Source of the DNA: Octopus sinensis
Lineage: Eukaryota
Reading direction: 5' to 3'
Assembly (NCBI RefSeq): GCF_006345805.1
Contig: NW_021830456.1
Span: forward strand, 1,287-65,286
DNA: 64,000 nt
Made by a program: the position numbers and the translations under genes. Below the pieces are notes generated by a model, which was not told the origin of the DNA, did no database searches, and was given only the letters and a program-made list of their open reading frames with translations. Below, in pieces: positions 1-14,134 of the stretch (positions are counted from its first letter, which is position 1; every line of letters starts with the position of its first letter).

Positions 1-414
1 ATCCTGTCTCTCCCATGCTTATGCGCTTGCGTATGTATGATTATCTCAATGCCAATCTGTTTGTTTATGTGTATGTATGCGTGTGTTTATGAATGTGTGT
101 GTCTTTTGTGTGTGAGTGTCTTTTTGCATGTGCTATATATGTACGCGAACATCAATATACACAAACGTCCATGCATTCAGATTTTAGGTCATATACAGAC
201 ATTAGATGAGACGGTTCCATATTAAGATGAACTCCAGATGACATGACCGAAACGACTTCCTGGCATATTTCAATTCCTTTCTGCGCACTATCTTCTCCAC
301 TCTATTTATTTTCCTGTAAATTTGTAAATTTATTGTTTTTTTTAGTTCATTTACATATTGCTGATGTGTGTGTCTGATCGCGTCTGCGTGAGTGCGTGTG
401 AGTATATGGGTATA

Positions 415-539
415 TTTCTGTGAAGAGCGTAGGCTCGATAAAGACTGTTTTATTTATATTTCCTGAGCGCCATACTATACAATTGTCGTTTTTTTTCCAC
501 CTGCCTTCGTCTTTTTTGTTTATTTTCATATCCCGTTAT
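415..539 (+). mobile_element. Penelope-like pseudo-LTR remnant, decayed copy of the 39870-40100 family
   Basis: Aligns by eye to the reverse complement of 39870-40007 (tgaagagcgtaggctcga...ttttatttatatttcctgagcgccatact...ccacctgccttcgtc...cccgttat). The hammerhead-like core carries deletions here. It abuts a (TA)n tract. Confidence 0.65.
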
Positions 540-540
540 T

Positions 541-545
541 ATAAT

Positions 546-577
<32 letters not shown>

Positions 578-600
578 GTATATATATTATATATATGTGT

Positions 601-637
<37 letters not shown>

Positions 638-939
638 GTTATGGTATATATATATATATATGTATGTATGTATATATATATATATGTATAAATGTATATA
701 TATATATAATATATATATATATTATATAATTATATGTATATATATGTTAGACATATACATAAGATATATGCATGTATATACATATATATATATAATATAT
801 ATATATTATATGTGCAGCTCTCTACATTTTCATTTTCTCCTTTAGTTAAATTTTTTTTATCTTCAATTTTAGTATTTCTTAATATTTCTTTCGTTATTTT
901 TTACGTATTTTGCTATCATATATGTGACTGTCTGTGTGA

Positions 940-996
<57 letters not shown>

Positions 997-1030
997 TGTG
1001 TGTACGTGTGTGTTTGTGTGTGTATGAGTG
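541..1030. repeat. Compound (TA)n/(TG)n microsatellite
   Basis: Direct reading. Confidence 0.95.
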
Positions 1031-1415
1031 TGTAAATGTAGGCATATAAATACGGGCTTATTTTCTCAGTAATAAATCTACATTCATTTCTGCGATGCTT
1101 TTTTACGTATAAGAGTGCGTGTACAGGTGATTGTGTGTATGTGTCTATGTCAGTGAGTGTGTGTGTGCTTGTGTGTGTATGTGTTTTTGTGTGTGTTTGT
1201 TTGTGTGTGTGTATGTGTGTGGTCATATATTTATTGTGGGCCATTCTGATGTTATATTCTGTGTTCTGTGAAACCTTTTCAATTTTGTCAGGTTAATTAT
1301 TTCGATTTATTTTGTCATTGCAGTTTTGAATAACAACAACAACAGCGACGATGATGCGGACGAGAGCAACAAGAACACCAGCACCGACAGAATAATTATG
1401 CTTTCATTTACTTGC

Positions 1416-1441
1416 CACAAGGGCGATAATAATAATAATAA

Positions 1442-1477
<36 letters not shown>

Positions 1478-1491
1478 TAAATAACAACAAC

Positions 1492-1555
<64 letters not shown>
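1416..1555 (+). repeat. (TAA)n microsatellite
   Basis: Direct reading. Confidence 0.97.
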
Positions 1556-1560
<5 letters not shown>

Positions 1561-2134
1561 TGCCCTGATGCAGTACCAGGCACTGGCTCTGATGGATTCT
1601 GATTTTAACTGATTGGAAGTGTTATCCGGTACATTGTTTTGTCTTGGTATAAAAGATGGGCTACAGCAAATATTCTGCTCAATACCACAGATTTGCTTTT
1701 CAGTTGCTTGACCTTAACCAGTTGACCATGTACCTTAGCGGCTGACGATATGTGCATCTCTGATCACGAGCAGAAGTAGTGGGGGAGCATCATAGCCATG
1801 TGTTGTGAGGGATTCTTTGGAGTTTGAATAATGCACCTCTGGAAACATGGGTGTTTCGTTCAACATCGTTAAACAACCCTTACTCCGGGACCTTTTGAGC
1901 AGGATGGGTTACTCGACCAGAAGAAAATTCTAACTGGACCCCACCTACAAGGTCATCAGTCTATTTGTGTCATGTGCTGCTTATCTTGATATGAGATCAC
2001 CATGTCGAGCACATATGGTTGTGATGCATGTACCTGGTTTACCCTTATCTGGCGGGTAGTCATGATGTGTATATTGGGCTTCGTGTATTTTACTCCAGTG
2101 TCACTTTGATGTCATGCACTGCTCTCTCACTCAC
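1556..2134. mobile_element. Probable non-coding interspersed element inserted in a (TAA)n array
   Basis: About 580 bp of higher-GC complex sequence with sharp edges and same-strand (TAA)n on both flanks; no ORF. Only one copy is in the window, so repeat status is inferred. Confidence 0.5.
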
Positions 2135-2136
2135 TA

Positions 2137-2146
2137 AAATAATATA

Positions 2147-2198
<52 letters not shown>

Positions 2199-2340
2199 AA
2201 ATAATAATAACAACAACAACAACAACAATAATAACAACAACAATGATAATAACAAAAATATGATTTGTCAACAGGAAAGTGATGAGAGGAACAATACAAA
2301 AATAATAATAATATAATAATAATAATAAGTAGTAGTAGAA

Positions 2341-2391
<51 letters not shown>

Positions 2392-2410
2392 AGTAGTAGT
2401 AGTAGTAGTT
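2137..2410 (+). repeat. Compound (TAA)n/(CAA)n/(TAG)n microsatellite
   Basis: Direct reading. Confidence 0.95.
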
Positions 2411-2784
2411 AACATGTCTAGCTTTAGCTTTATCGTGGATGCTGAAGATTTGTTTTCTTTCCTTCTAATATTTTGTCCTGTTTCTCATCACTCTTCAATG
2501 CTATTAATCTGTACACATGTCTGTATTTATGTCTTCACTTGTTTCACTGTTTATCTATTCATTTATTCATTTATGTATTTATTTTTATATGCAAGAATAT
2601 TATGGTATGGAGTTGTGTATTTCACAAAATATCTATGGATATATTAGATGTAAATATTTTTATATATGCTGCAATTTCTTGGACGAAAACAGCGAAATGA
2701 GAAAATATATGTGACAATCTTCGCACACATGCAAATATGTAGACAAACACACACACAGGCACATACACATAGAGACACAAACGC

Positions 2785-2854
<70 letters not shown>

Positions 2855-2934
2855 GTACACATACATATAGTTTATATAAGTACACACATTTTTGTATATG
2901 CGTACATATGTGCATATATATATATATATAGATA

Positions 2935-2970
<36 letters not shown>

Positions 2971-3531
2971 TATATATATATATGTCATGTATGTACTTAC
3001 GTATATTTAGTGTGTTGTTGTTTATATTTGATATAGAGGTAATAGACTGATTCATACACATATACATATCTATATACATATAATTTTTGTATTTGTTACG
3101 TATATACATATAATTATATATATATATATATATATGTATATATTTACATACAAAAAAAAATATATATATATATATTTACACACACGCAACACACACACAC
3201 ACACACACACGCGCTCGCGCGCACACTGATACATATGCAAACATAGTTACCTTTGCATTTACTTTTAACATTCAAAGATATGCTTTCATCACTATGCTTA
3301 AACCACACATGTTATCAAAATCTTTACATATCATTCTCTGTACAAATACATAATATTATTCTCCTCTGCATGTAACTTGCTGTCGCTTCCTTTTATGTTT
3401 CATTGTGTTTCTGTTTCTTTTTTGCCCTCTCCTTCTCCCGCTCTCACTTTTTCTGATATATTCACTTAATTATATTTGAATGAATACAGACACACACACC
3501 TACATACATACATATATAAATACATACATAT

Positions 3532-3580
<49 letters not shown>

Positions 3581-3823
3581 TATATATATATATATGCATA
3601 TATATATATGTATTTCGACACCATTTTGTATTGTGTATGTAGCCCAAATATGTCTTCTAGACTCCATGTTAATAACCGCACTGATGTAAAATATTTATTT
3701 CTGTATTGCGCATATGGGTGTCGGGTAGATGGCTGAAGGTGGAAAGTATATGCGTACGTGTGTTTGCATTAATATATGCGTACACGCACGCACACACATG
3801 TACATAGACAGAGGTGCACACAG

Positions 3824-3864
<41 letters not shown>

Positions 3865-3937
3865 CCCAAGTAAAGTTACATGATAATGAACATACACATT
3901 AAACGCACACACAAGCTCACAACCATATATATGTATG

Positions 3938-3993
<56 letters not shown>

Positions 3994-4282
3994 CGTACAT
4001 ATTTGTATTACATGTACCTATAGTTACTTATATATATATATATATATATAATATATATTGTGTCAGTGTAGTTGTCCATGTGTATGCATGTATGTGCGTG
4101 TGTATATATTTGGGTATACATATGTATATTTATATAATATCTATATATACTTTATATAATACATCTATATATATCCGTATACACATGCATATGTATATAC
4201 AATAATATATATAAACATATATACATATACATACATATATATATATATATATATACACATATATATATATATATATATATAA

Positions 4283-4320
<38 letters not shown>

Positions 4321-4761
4321 CATATACATATATATATAATTGTACATTTGCGTTTGAGGCTTTAGTTTTATATTCTACATATACACGAACATGTGTGACT
4401 TGATTCCAATAAATGTACATTGAATTAATGTCATGCAGTGATGGTAAAACGTTGCGGTTAATAGGGTCATATCGGGAAGGTCCAGTTACTTCTATACCGC
4501 CACTAGTATCTCTGATGTATTGATATCTGTACAAAGGTTTATCACCGAAATTGTACATATTTTTCATTCATTAATCTATTCATAGCTTTTCTTTTATGTG
4601 AGGCTATAATTTATTTTAATATATATATTTTTTTTTACTGTAACCAATAACACCGCCATCTTCACTTTGGCGATTTATTTTGATAGTTTTATAGCGGCAT
4701 AAGTAGAGGCACAAATCACTTACATAAATAGCCACATAACCGCATACAAACATGTACTTGC

Positions 4762-4793
<32 letters not shown>

Positions 4794-6124
4794 GCCGGTG
4801 TATATATATTATATATATATGTATGCATGTATGTATGTATATTTATATATATAATGCTTTATATATACATATATACAGGACATATAGTATATATATATAT
4901 AACATATACAACATATATATAATATAGATAATGTATATGATTTATATAATTTATATGAATATATACGGTATATATATATGTATGGAGCTTCCTCTAAAGT
5001 TTGATAACACATTATGAGAAACTGACATTTATTAATATAAGCCCCAATCATTCACTGATTCATTTTCGAAGCTTAATTAATCATAGAATAATCCCTAACC
5101 TGTAATCGAATAAGTATGTTTCTATCATGCGGCTAATAATACACTAAAGAACCGATCGGTAGTAGATCAAAGCGGGGCGTATAAGCACAATATTCACCAT
5201 CATACAGTAATGTGACAATGCATTTTTGTTTAACTGTTACAAGCGTTTATCTCTTGAAAGCTTTATCTGATTAATAAATAACTAATTAAGTTAAGTAACT
5301 TTTTAAAATGCCGACACAGGAAAGTATTTGACAGGAGCAATGTGAAAGCTAGTTACAGCTGCTCTACTAAAATATGAAAAGCTTAATAGATTGTGAAACA
5401 ATTTCATTCACTCTACCGTATTGAACGGAATGAAATAGAAACGTCATGTTCCTTGACCGATCATATAAGCCTAAAAGGTTATGTGAAGCAGATACCTTCA
5501 ATGCTAAACCATCATATGTAATATACCATCATGTGTAATATGGAAGATATACTTTTCAAAACACCACATCAAGTATTCTGTTTTATTTTTAAATAGAAGT
5601 ACTATGCATGCATAAATATATCGAATATATTCAACATCGTTAGTTTGAAAAAAACAGGCAGCTGATTTCGATACTTATTGAAAGCTTATTGTGAAATGCG
5701 TGGTGTATAGACAAGCGTATTGCAGAGAAGTACCTTATACTAAAAATAATTAAATCGACACAACCATGATATTCTGGTGATGTGATTCGTTATAGATAGT
5801 GAGTTGTGAATATACAATTGTATTGTATAGCGCCGAACATATATATCAATGCGTATGCGAACACATAGTTTGATCCATTCTGAAATATATGCTATATGAA
5901 GTTTACGAAACGGCCGTAAGCCTAAGGATGTCACGTGATTAAATTACTGTAAATTCACGATTCATGCTTCCTGAAGTCTCTGATATATATATGTGTGTGC
6001 GTGTGCGTGTGTATACATACATAAATACAAACATAGTTTTTAGTGTATGTATACATATATATATATATACATGTATACATACATACATATGTATATATAT
6101 ATATACATACATGTATACATACAT

Positions 6125-6170
<46 letters not shown>

Positions 6171-7035
6171 CACCCATATATATATATGGATGAATATTAT
6201 ATATATATGTTGATGTATGTGCATGTATTTATGTGTGTATGACTCAGTGTGTCGTCTGGGTGTGTCAGTGTGTGACTGAATCTACGTGTGTGTGTATGAC
6301 CGTATGTAGTTGCCAGTGAATTCACGTTTGTATGAGTCGTTGGGCTTCTCAACACGCGTATAAAAGAAAAGAATGTTCTACTGCCGTCACTTCCGATGTT
6401 ATTTCATTCAGCTTGATTCCTTCCAATTCTACTCACTAAAATTCTAGCCCAATTCCTCCAAAATATGCTGCAGAGCTATTCTTCAATTCTTCAATTCTTT
6501 GCACAACTGCAATTCCCCGTCTTCCATATAGGCCAAATATGTCTATATACAATCATCATCTCTTCCTGCTTCTCATTCCGTTTGACCTGAAACTTAACTG
6601 TTGTTGTATTCTGATTTCTGTTTCACCGTTTTAATATTTTTTGTGATTTATCATATTCTACTATGCTGACCTTCTCTGTTCTCAAATATTCCACATTATT
6701 TTACCAATATCTCGAGATGTTATTCCACTCAAAGCAATTTTCAATATGTGAACTTTAATTTTTTTCTTCCTTTTATTGTTTCGGTCGTTTATGATTGCTT
6801 TTGGCTTCGCAGACATTTTCCTTATCTATCATTTACTGCACCGACTTACACACAAACATATATATGCATATATATATATATATTCCTGTGTGTGTATATA
6901 TGTGAGTCTGTAGTTGTACATACACACAAGTAAACACACACTCACACTCACACACACGTATGTGTAAACATTTGCCGAATGAAAATTTCGTGAAATTTTC
7001 AACGTATCTATTGGCTATAGGAAATAATCTAATAT

Positions 7036-7232
7036 TAGAAACATTAGCACGCCGGGGGAAATGCCTAGCAGTATTTCGTCTGCCGTTACGTTCTGAGTTC
7101 AATTTCCGCCGAGGTCGACTTTGCCTCTCATCCTTTCGGGGTCGATAAATTAAGTACCAGTTACGCACTGGTGTCGATCTAATCGATTGTCCCCCCCCCC
7201 AATTTCGGTCCTTGTGCCTAGGAGTAGAAAAT
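7036..7232 (+). mobile_element. SINE family B monomer
   Basis: acgttctgagttcaatttccgccgaggtcgactttgcctctcatcctttcggggtcgataaattaagtaccag with a B-box-like GAGTTCAA; more than 15 related copies in the window. Confidence 0.9.
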
Positions 7233-7457
7233 AACATTACTCTAATATAAAATAGGTATTTTCCTACAGACAAAATATACGGTCAAAACAAGGTTATATA
7301 CATACACACAAACACAAAATAGACGTCAAATGACACTATTACCACCATCAATTCTCCGAGAATAACACACCACACTGCGTGGTGAGGCGCAAGCCATGCC
7401 CTTGTTATAATTATGTATATAATTATAAAATATTCATATATTTTATAATTATATACA

Positions 7458-7632
7458 TAATGCTTAGCGGTATTTCGACTGTCTTTACGTTCTGAGGTCA
7501 AATTCCGCCGAGGTCGACTTTGCCTTTTATCCTTTCGGGTCGGTAAAGTAAGTAGCAGTTGCGTACTGGAGTCGATCTAATGGACTGGCTCTTCCACCAA
7601 AATTTCGGGCCTTGTGCCAAGATTGGAAAAGG
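7458..7632 (+). mobile_element. SINE family B monomer, 5' truncated
   Basis: Same core as 7036-7232. Confidence 0.88.
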
Positions 7633-7669
7633 ATATATACGGTAAAAAATAATCTCTCTATAGGAAAAC

Positions 7670-7812
7670 ACATGGATGAGTGCTTAAGAGTTTGGCTTTA
7701 CAAACAGGTGATTTCGGGTTCTATCTCTCTGCTCGGCGTTTTCTACTATAATCCCCGGCTGACCAATTCCTTATGAGTGAATTTAGATGACAGAGACATC
7801 TTGAAGGCCCGT

Positions 7813-7852
<40 letters not shown>

Positions 7853-8100
7853 ATGATTGTGTGTGGGAGTATTTGTGTAAATGTGTCTGTCTGTCTGATG
7901 TCCGTTTGTTCTCTCTACCATTGCTTTACAACAGGTTTTGGTTTGTTTACGACCCCCGTCGATTAGAGGATTGACCAATGGGACCAATAGAATAACTGCC
8001 GGCCTTAAAAAGAGTCAAACTGGAGGTGATTTGCTCAAGGAGACATTTGAAGGCGATGCCCCAGCATGGCCGCAGTCCAATGACTGATACAATTAAAACC
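7670..8100 (+). mobile_element. SINE family A, degenerate
   Basis: ttctactata...internal (TA)n...ggcgatgccccagcatggccgcagtccaatgactga tail. Confidence 0.8.
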
Positions 8101-9052
8101 ATATAAATATGAGTCATTAGAAACAAGCCGCGACTAAACAGACTAGATTGCTCCCTGGTACTCATGCGATTTAGAAACTTGTTTTATAAGTTTATCATTT
8201 TGTTGTTGTTTTTGCTAGCTGTACTTCATCTATTGTTTTCTTCTTTTTTTTTTGGCTTTTAAAAAAAAATGTTATATATACTCTTCGTATGTTTTACATC
8301 CGTGAAAGGATGACCAAATAAATGCAAACACTACATTAAAGTTTCTTGCTCTGATTAGCGTAAAAGTCACACGGGGGAGCGCATATGTGAGCGAAGCAGT
8401 ATTTAATGACACGGAAAATATAGTGGTGGGGGTGGCGGGGAGAGTTTAAATTTTCAACTGTGACTATTTTCATATGTTACTAAATAGCAATCAGAGACTA
8501 ACTCCAACATAATAAAAGCAATTAGTGTTTTAATGGGTTTTGCTGCTGTACCGGCACTTACATCGAGGTTACTTAATATTTTATGTTCAATTGAATGGGG
8601 TATTTAAATAAAAATCAATCTAATCATCTGGAATGTTTGAACTATAAAATTAAAAAAATTATTAAAATGTGATAAATTGGAAAAAATGAAGAAATTACTG
8701 GAATGAAAGTGCCCAAGTGTTTAGGGAGGTCACTGTACATTCTGGGTTCAATCCTTGGTGGTTCAAGGACATGTTTTATAAACCCAAGAGCAGTAAATAA
8801 GAACGGCTAACTTAACACCGAAATTCGATCATTTATAAACACTTTATTAAAATTATTTAATTAAAATAAAATTACTTTAATGATTAGAAACGTGAAGAGA
8901 TTCGGAATTGGTTTAAAAGATCGTAGTCATACTTCATGTAGCTATGGCACCGCCGATATTCGAGGTTCTCAGTCTTATCGTTAAAAGCACGAAACTGTGA
9001 CCTTCTGTGTCTGTCCTACGTGTACGTTTTGTAGTAGTTAATGCATTTTTAT

Positions 9053-9316
9053 TTATTGAGTAACTGAACGCCACGCATCCCAACATTTGTTACTGTATTC
9101 GTTTATGTTGTCCAAAGTCAATAGTTTCTGATAAAGCAAATTGCCTTTTACGAAGGACTTCTGTTTATCCTTAAATTCTTTCATGGCAATTAATGCAGGA
9201 ATGAGTACAACACCTGACGAAGAATACAATATGGTTCCATTCTTCCAAGATAAATATTTCGTCAGACCCCAGTGACTGGTGCCAGCAACTGTGGCAAGTT
9301 CATCATGGACGACGTA
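9053..9316 (-). other. Orphan stop-to-stop reading frame of 87 codons; candidate terminal exon or TE/pseudogene fragment
   Basis: YVVHDELATVAGTSHWGLTKYLSWKNGTILYSSSGVVLIPALIAMKEFKDKQKSFVKGNLLYQKLLTLDNINEYSNKCWDAWRSVTQ*. High complexity, in-frame acceptor-like tattcttcgtcag|GT, AATAAA motifs after the stop. Family not recognised. Confidence 0.3.
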
Positions 9317-9596
9317 TTATTTGTTCCTGTAGCGTCTTTCTAGCACCAAACTAAAACTTATGCCAGGGAGAATTAACGTGGTCACTCGATATGACAGAAA
9401 TAGCAGTTACATCGCTTTCACATCTTATCCAACTGTTTTAAGATTAGACAATGCATTCCTCGAGATACTATCAAATGAAATATATGTGTGTTGTTCGTGG
9501 CTAAGAAAAATATTAATCATAGTGTGCCCTCGTTATAAAAACCTTAAGGAATTAATAATCCTTTCTACTATAGACACAAGGCTTGGAATTTTATAG

Positions 9597-9776
9597 GGAG
9601 TGTACTAGTCGACCACATCAAACTCAGTGTTTCACTAGTACTTAATTCATCGACCTCGAAAGGATAAAAGGCTAAGTCGACCTCGGCGGCGAAATTTGAA
9701 TTCAGAATGTAGCGACAAGCGAAATACTGCTAAGCATTTCCCTCGGTACGCTAACGATTCTGCCTGCTCGCTGCTT
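9597..9776 (-). mobile_element. SINE family B monomer
   Basis: Reverse complement of the family B core (aagtcgacctcggcgg...gctaagcattt...gctaacgattctgcc). Confidence 0.85.
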
Positions 9777-10294
9777 TCCCTAAGGAATTACCAATACCAG
9801 AATTCATTTATCGTCTCCATAAAAGTACAAAACTTGGACACAGGTTAGTATTGAAGGTAGGCTTGGCTGGAGATTTACATCGTCGGTCAATGGTATTACC
9901 ATGACGCATCTTTACCAATTCTGCTGGTTTTGAATTCTTTCCAAAAGCAAATGTCCTGACCCAAATACACTTAATCACCACCACCACCCACCTTACATTC
10001 ATGGATACGCCACAAATGTACTCAGAACGTTATATAAAAAGCTAGATTCTAACACCTTATTCTCTATTTGCTGTCTCTAAGGCCAAAGAGCGGAATACTT
10101 CATTTCATACTAGGTTGTAGTTCTTGGATAACTTGTTTCCAAAGAGCTTCAATTTACAATTCGATCAAAATGTTCTCTTACGGAAGACACTGAAAATATA
10201 TTGTAAACGGATGGTCACCCCTATTTTATATTCCCAAAGCAACTGACCTGCTCGTTATCAACATAGATGCAGATGACATCAAACAATGACTAAG

Positions 10295-10500
10295 GAAGGC
10301 ACGTGGTTTAGCGGTAAGGATTTTGCACTCAGGATGTCATGATCGTTGTTTCGATTCCCAACCTGAGGAGTGCTTCATTTCACGTTACTTCACTCCGGTT
10401 AATTATGTGTAACCCTGTAACTGAGTGACTGGGGTAAAATTCGAGTAGGAGATTTTGATCTCGGTCACTTATAAGCAATGGAAATCGAGTAACTGTGGCT
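10295..10500 (+). mobile_element. Degenerate tRNA-headed SINE, family C-like head
   Basis: ggcacgtggtttagcggtaagg (A-box-like) ... tgtttcgattccc (B-box-like). Confidence 0.5.
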
Positions 10501-10523
10501 AGGACTCTCAGAAATTGAGATTG

Positions 10524-10758
10524 TACGAGGGCGTGCCGAAAAAAAGTTCTGGCTCTAGGTAAAATAAAATGCAGGAGGACCAATAAATTAGGATTTTATT
10601 CAATATTTTTCCCTCTCAGATTCAAGCTCTTATTGCTGCGATTCTTCAGTTTTTCTAGGCGCTGTAAAAGAGTGCGGACATTTGGGCTTCCACACAAGCT
10701 TTTCGCAATATCCTTGAAGCCAAGTGCTTTTCAGAGCCCTCAAGTAATGCCCGGAGTC
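10524..10758 (-). mobile_element. Solo 3' end of a mariner (Tc1/mariner) element
   Basis: TA followed by a CGAGGG-type TIR at 10524. The minus strand encodes FYSA/LEKLKNRSNKSLNLRGKNIE*, the typical mariner transposase C-terminus (FY..GL.KL..R..KC..L.G.YVE). Confidence 0.75.
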
Positions 10759-10788
10759 TGTTGTTGTTGTTGTTCTTATAGTTGTTGT

Positions 10789-10822
<34 letters not shown>

Positions 10823-11499
10823 AACGACGAGGATGCTGATGATGATGATGTGCTAAGAATATCCATCTCTGACAAGTAGCTTAAAATAACTGATATATTC
10901 CTCTCTCTCTCTCTCTTACTCTCTCTTAAATGCCTCTTAACTTATTTCTTCATAGAACCTTTTCCGTTCTACTATAATATATATGGCGACCAAAATTTAA
11001 ACGATAAGCACACATACACACAGCTGGTATGGCTGAATTGTGTTATTAAATTGTGTTATTAAATCACGTTGTGGATGCACTACCCATTCGCAATATCCAT
11101 GGCATTAGAGTTATTACATTCATATCATATAATCTGTGTGAAAATTATTCTCTGATTCGCTGAATTAAAATATTACAATAGAATATTTTACAAGCGCTGT
11201 TTCGTTATAACAAATATATATTTATATAAAGGCAGCCATATTTTAAGTGGTGTGCGGGCCGTAAAATTAGTTCAATGGAAATTAAAACCGACTTGAAGAC
11301 AAAAAGATATTAGTGTTAATGAAAATTTATCTGGAAATGGCCAAGGGAGAAAACTTCGAAATTTCAATGCTTTAAAATTAATTGCGATTTAAAGGGGAAA
11401 ATAGAATTTAGCAGCTTGGGTAACGATTACAGATGTAACCTTTTCTGACATTCTCATTGAATAATTCCTGTATCTGTTAGGTAATCAGCCATTTGCGCA

Positions 11500-11875
<376 letters not shown>

Positions 11876-12440
11876 CTATATGTGTAAGGGGTTAGCCGAA
11901 GATCAAGCAATTATGATTAAGCATCGTTACAAACGGTGGAGATCCATTGAAATTTTCTCATAACCTTCAGATTCGCCTGTTACTTGCACATAATTGCCAG
12001 GTTATTTTGCACTGGCACGTGCATAACAATATTGGTTTCTGTCTGTGCAGAAATGTATGTGTGTTTGTGTGAGTGAAGCAGTGTTTGCGAGCGTGCATTT
12101 TAGCAAAATGATGACGAATGCATAGGACTTCATAAAACCGACGAGATTCTCTTTCAGTGTAAGATTCTTCTAGCGTCTGGCTGCAGAGGCAATGTGAACG
12201 AGCGGCCATTTATGACTTTGCATTAAGCGTTAGTGTTTGACTGGCTTGTCTTGACCTGCGCACATCACATCTCTCTATCGTCGCTTTGACAATATTGACA
12301 CGGACGAGAGAGAAACGTCACGAAGATGAAGAAGAAGAAGAAGAAGAAGAAGACGAATGTTGATTGCATTGGAGAAACACATACGCATTGACATATTCCC
12401 GGACACGTACACATACACACAACGGCATGTGCATATATAT

Positions 12441-12490
<50 letters not shown>

Positions 12491-12771
12491 TATATATAAT
12501 ACACAAATGGTTGCAAAACACAGAAGAGAAAGCAATTTCATACATACATACATGTTATATAATATATATATATATAATATATATATAAATGTTTATATAT
12601 ATATATATATATATATACAAGCATATATACAGGCATATATGTACAGAGGCATGTATATATAAGCAGGTAGAGACAAATATGTATACCTAAATATAATATA
12701 TGTATAAACACACATTCACACACACATACATACACACATATAAATAGATATTGATGTAGATATAAATATAC

Positions 12772-12805
<34 letters not shown>

Positions 12806-13346
12806 ACATACGTACTTACATATAGATACAGATACACAGAAGGGAAGAGCGAGCGAGACCACACACAACCACATATATATATATATATATATATGCATAT
12901 ACTATTGTTTCTATATGTGTACGTATGTACATGCAGGAAAAGTGGAAGAAAGCAAGAGAGAGAAACAGAGAGAGAAGAGTGAGGAGTGTGAGAGAGTGAG
13001 ACAGAGAGAGAAATATGTATTGCTGGATGGTAAGAATTCCTCTGTACATGTTGAAAAGTAACTTTCTTGCAGCAGACATTGAAACGCTAACAGAAATGAT
13101 CCGGCGTTGAAAGCGATGACAGGCTGGGTGCTTCGTCCAAATAATTGCTCGGGTCAGAGGTCATAGTAGCGACATTGCAATTTCTGGCAGTTCTACAAAT
13201 CTAATACAATCGCTACTATTAAACGCGACTCCAAATTACAACCCGATTTCTCCATCATACTCGCATGCGCTCAAACAGAACACAGCCACAAGCACACACA
13301 CACACATATGTAAATATATATGTATGTAATAGATATATATTATAAT

Positions 13347-13420
<74 letters not shown>

Positions 13421-13744
13421 ATATATGTATGTATATGTATATATATATATTTATATGTATGTATGTATTTGTATTTATGTATATGTATATATTGCGTGCA
13501 TGTAACCTTTATTTCTTTCTAGCAATATTTCTCCATTCTTGTTAAAATCACGGGGATTTTATCTAATAAATCATGCACGTACGTATTATATCTCGGTTGT
13601 TTAACTTTTAAAATGTTTTACTCCGTCTCCCTCGCCACCAATATACTTAATGCTATAATGGAAATGAAATTTTACAAGGTTAGATTTATGTCTATCTCCT
13701 CTCAAGAGAAGTATGGGAATCAAGGCATATACTTTAAAGAAATT

Positions 13745-13834
13745 ATTATCATTGTTATTATTATTATTGTTATTGTTATTATTATTATTATTATTGTTAT
13801 TATTTTTGTTATTGTTGTTGTTGTTGTTATTATT

Positions 13835-13866
<32 letters not shown>

Positions 13867-14006
13867 TATGAATATTATTGTTGTTATTGTTATTATTCTT
13901 ATCATTACTATTATTATTATTATTATTATTATATTATTATTACTACTACTACTACCACCACTACTACTACTATTACATTATTATCATCATCACCATTTTC
14001 ATCATT

Positions 14007-14060
<54 letters not shown>

Positions 14061-14085
14061 TTCATCATCATCTCCATCATAATTT
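13745..14085 (+). repeat. Compound trinucleotide microsatellite (ATT/GTT/ATC/ACT)
   Basis: Direct reading; explains ORF 13613..14305. Confidence 0.95.
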
Positions 14086-14134
14086 CTGTTGTTCTCATTC
14101 CAATTTTTATTCTTATTCTTATTCCCATTATTTA

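Noticed and set aside
2780-3010. Regular AA/TT interruptions in (TA)n tracts as a higher-order code
   Set aside because: Single-base phase shifts are expected from slippage or long-read consensus error; no periodicity is evident
13029-13120. Mini-intron gtaaga...ttcttgcag giving KYVLLDADIETLTEMIRR*
   Set aside because: The intron would be only about 43 nt and the upstream 'exon' is a GA microsatellite; probably chance
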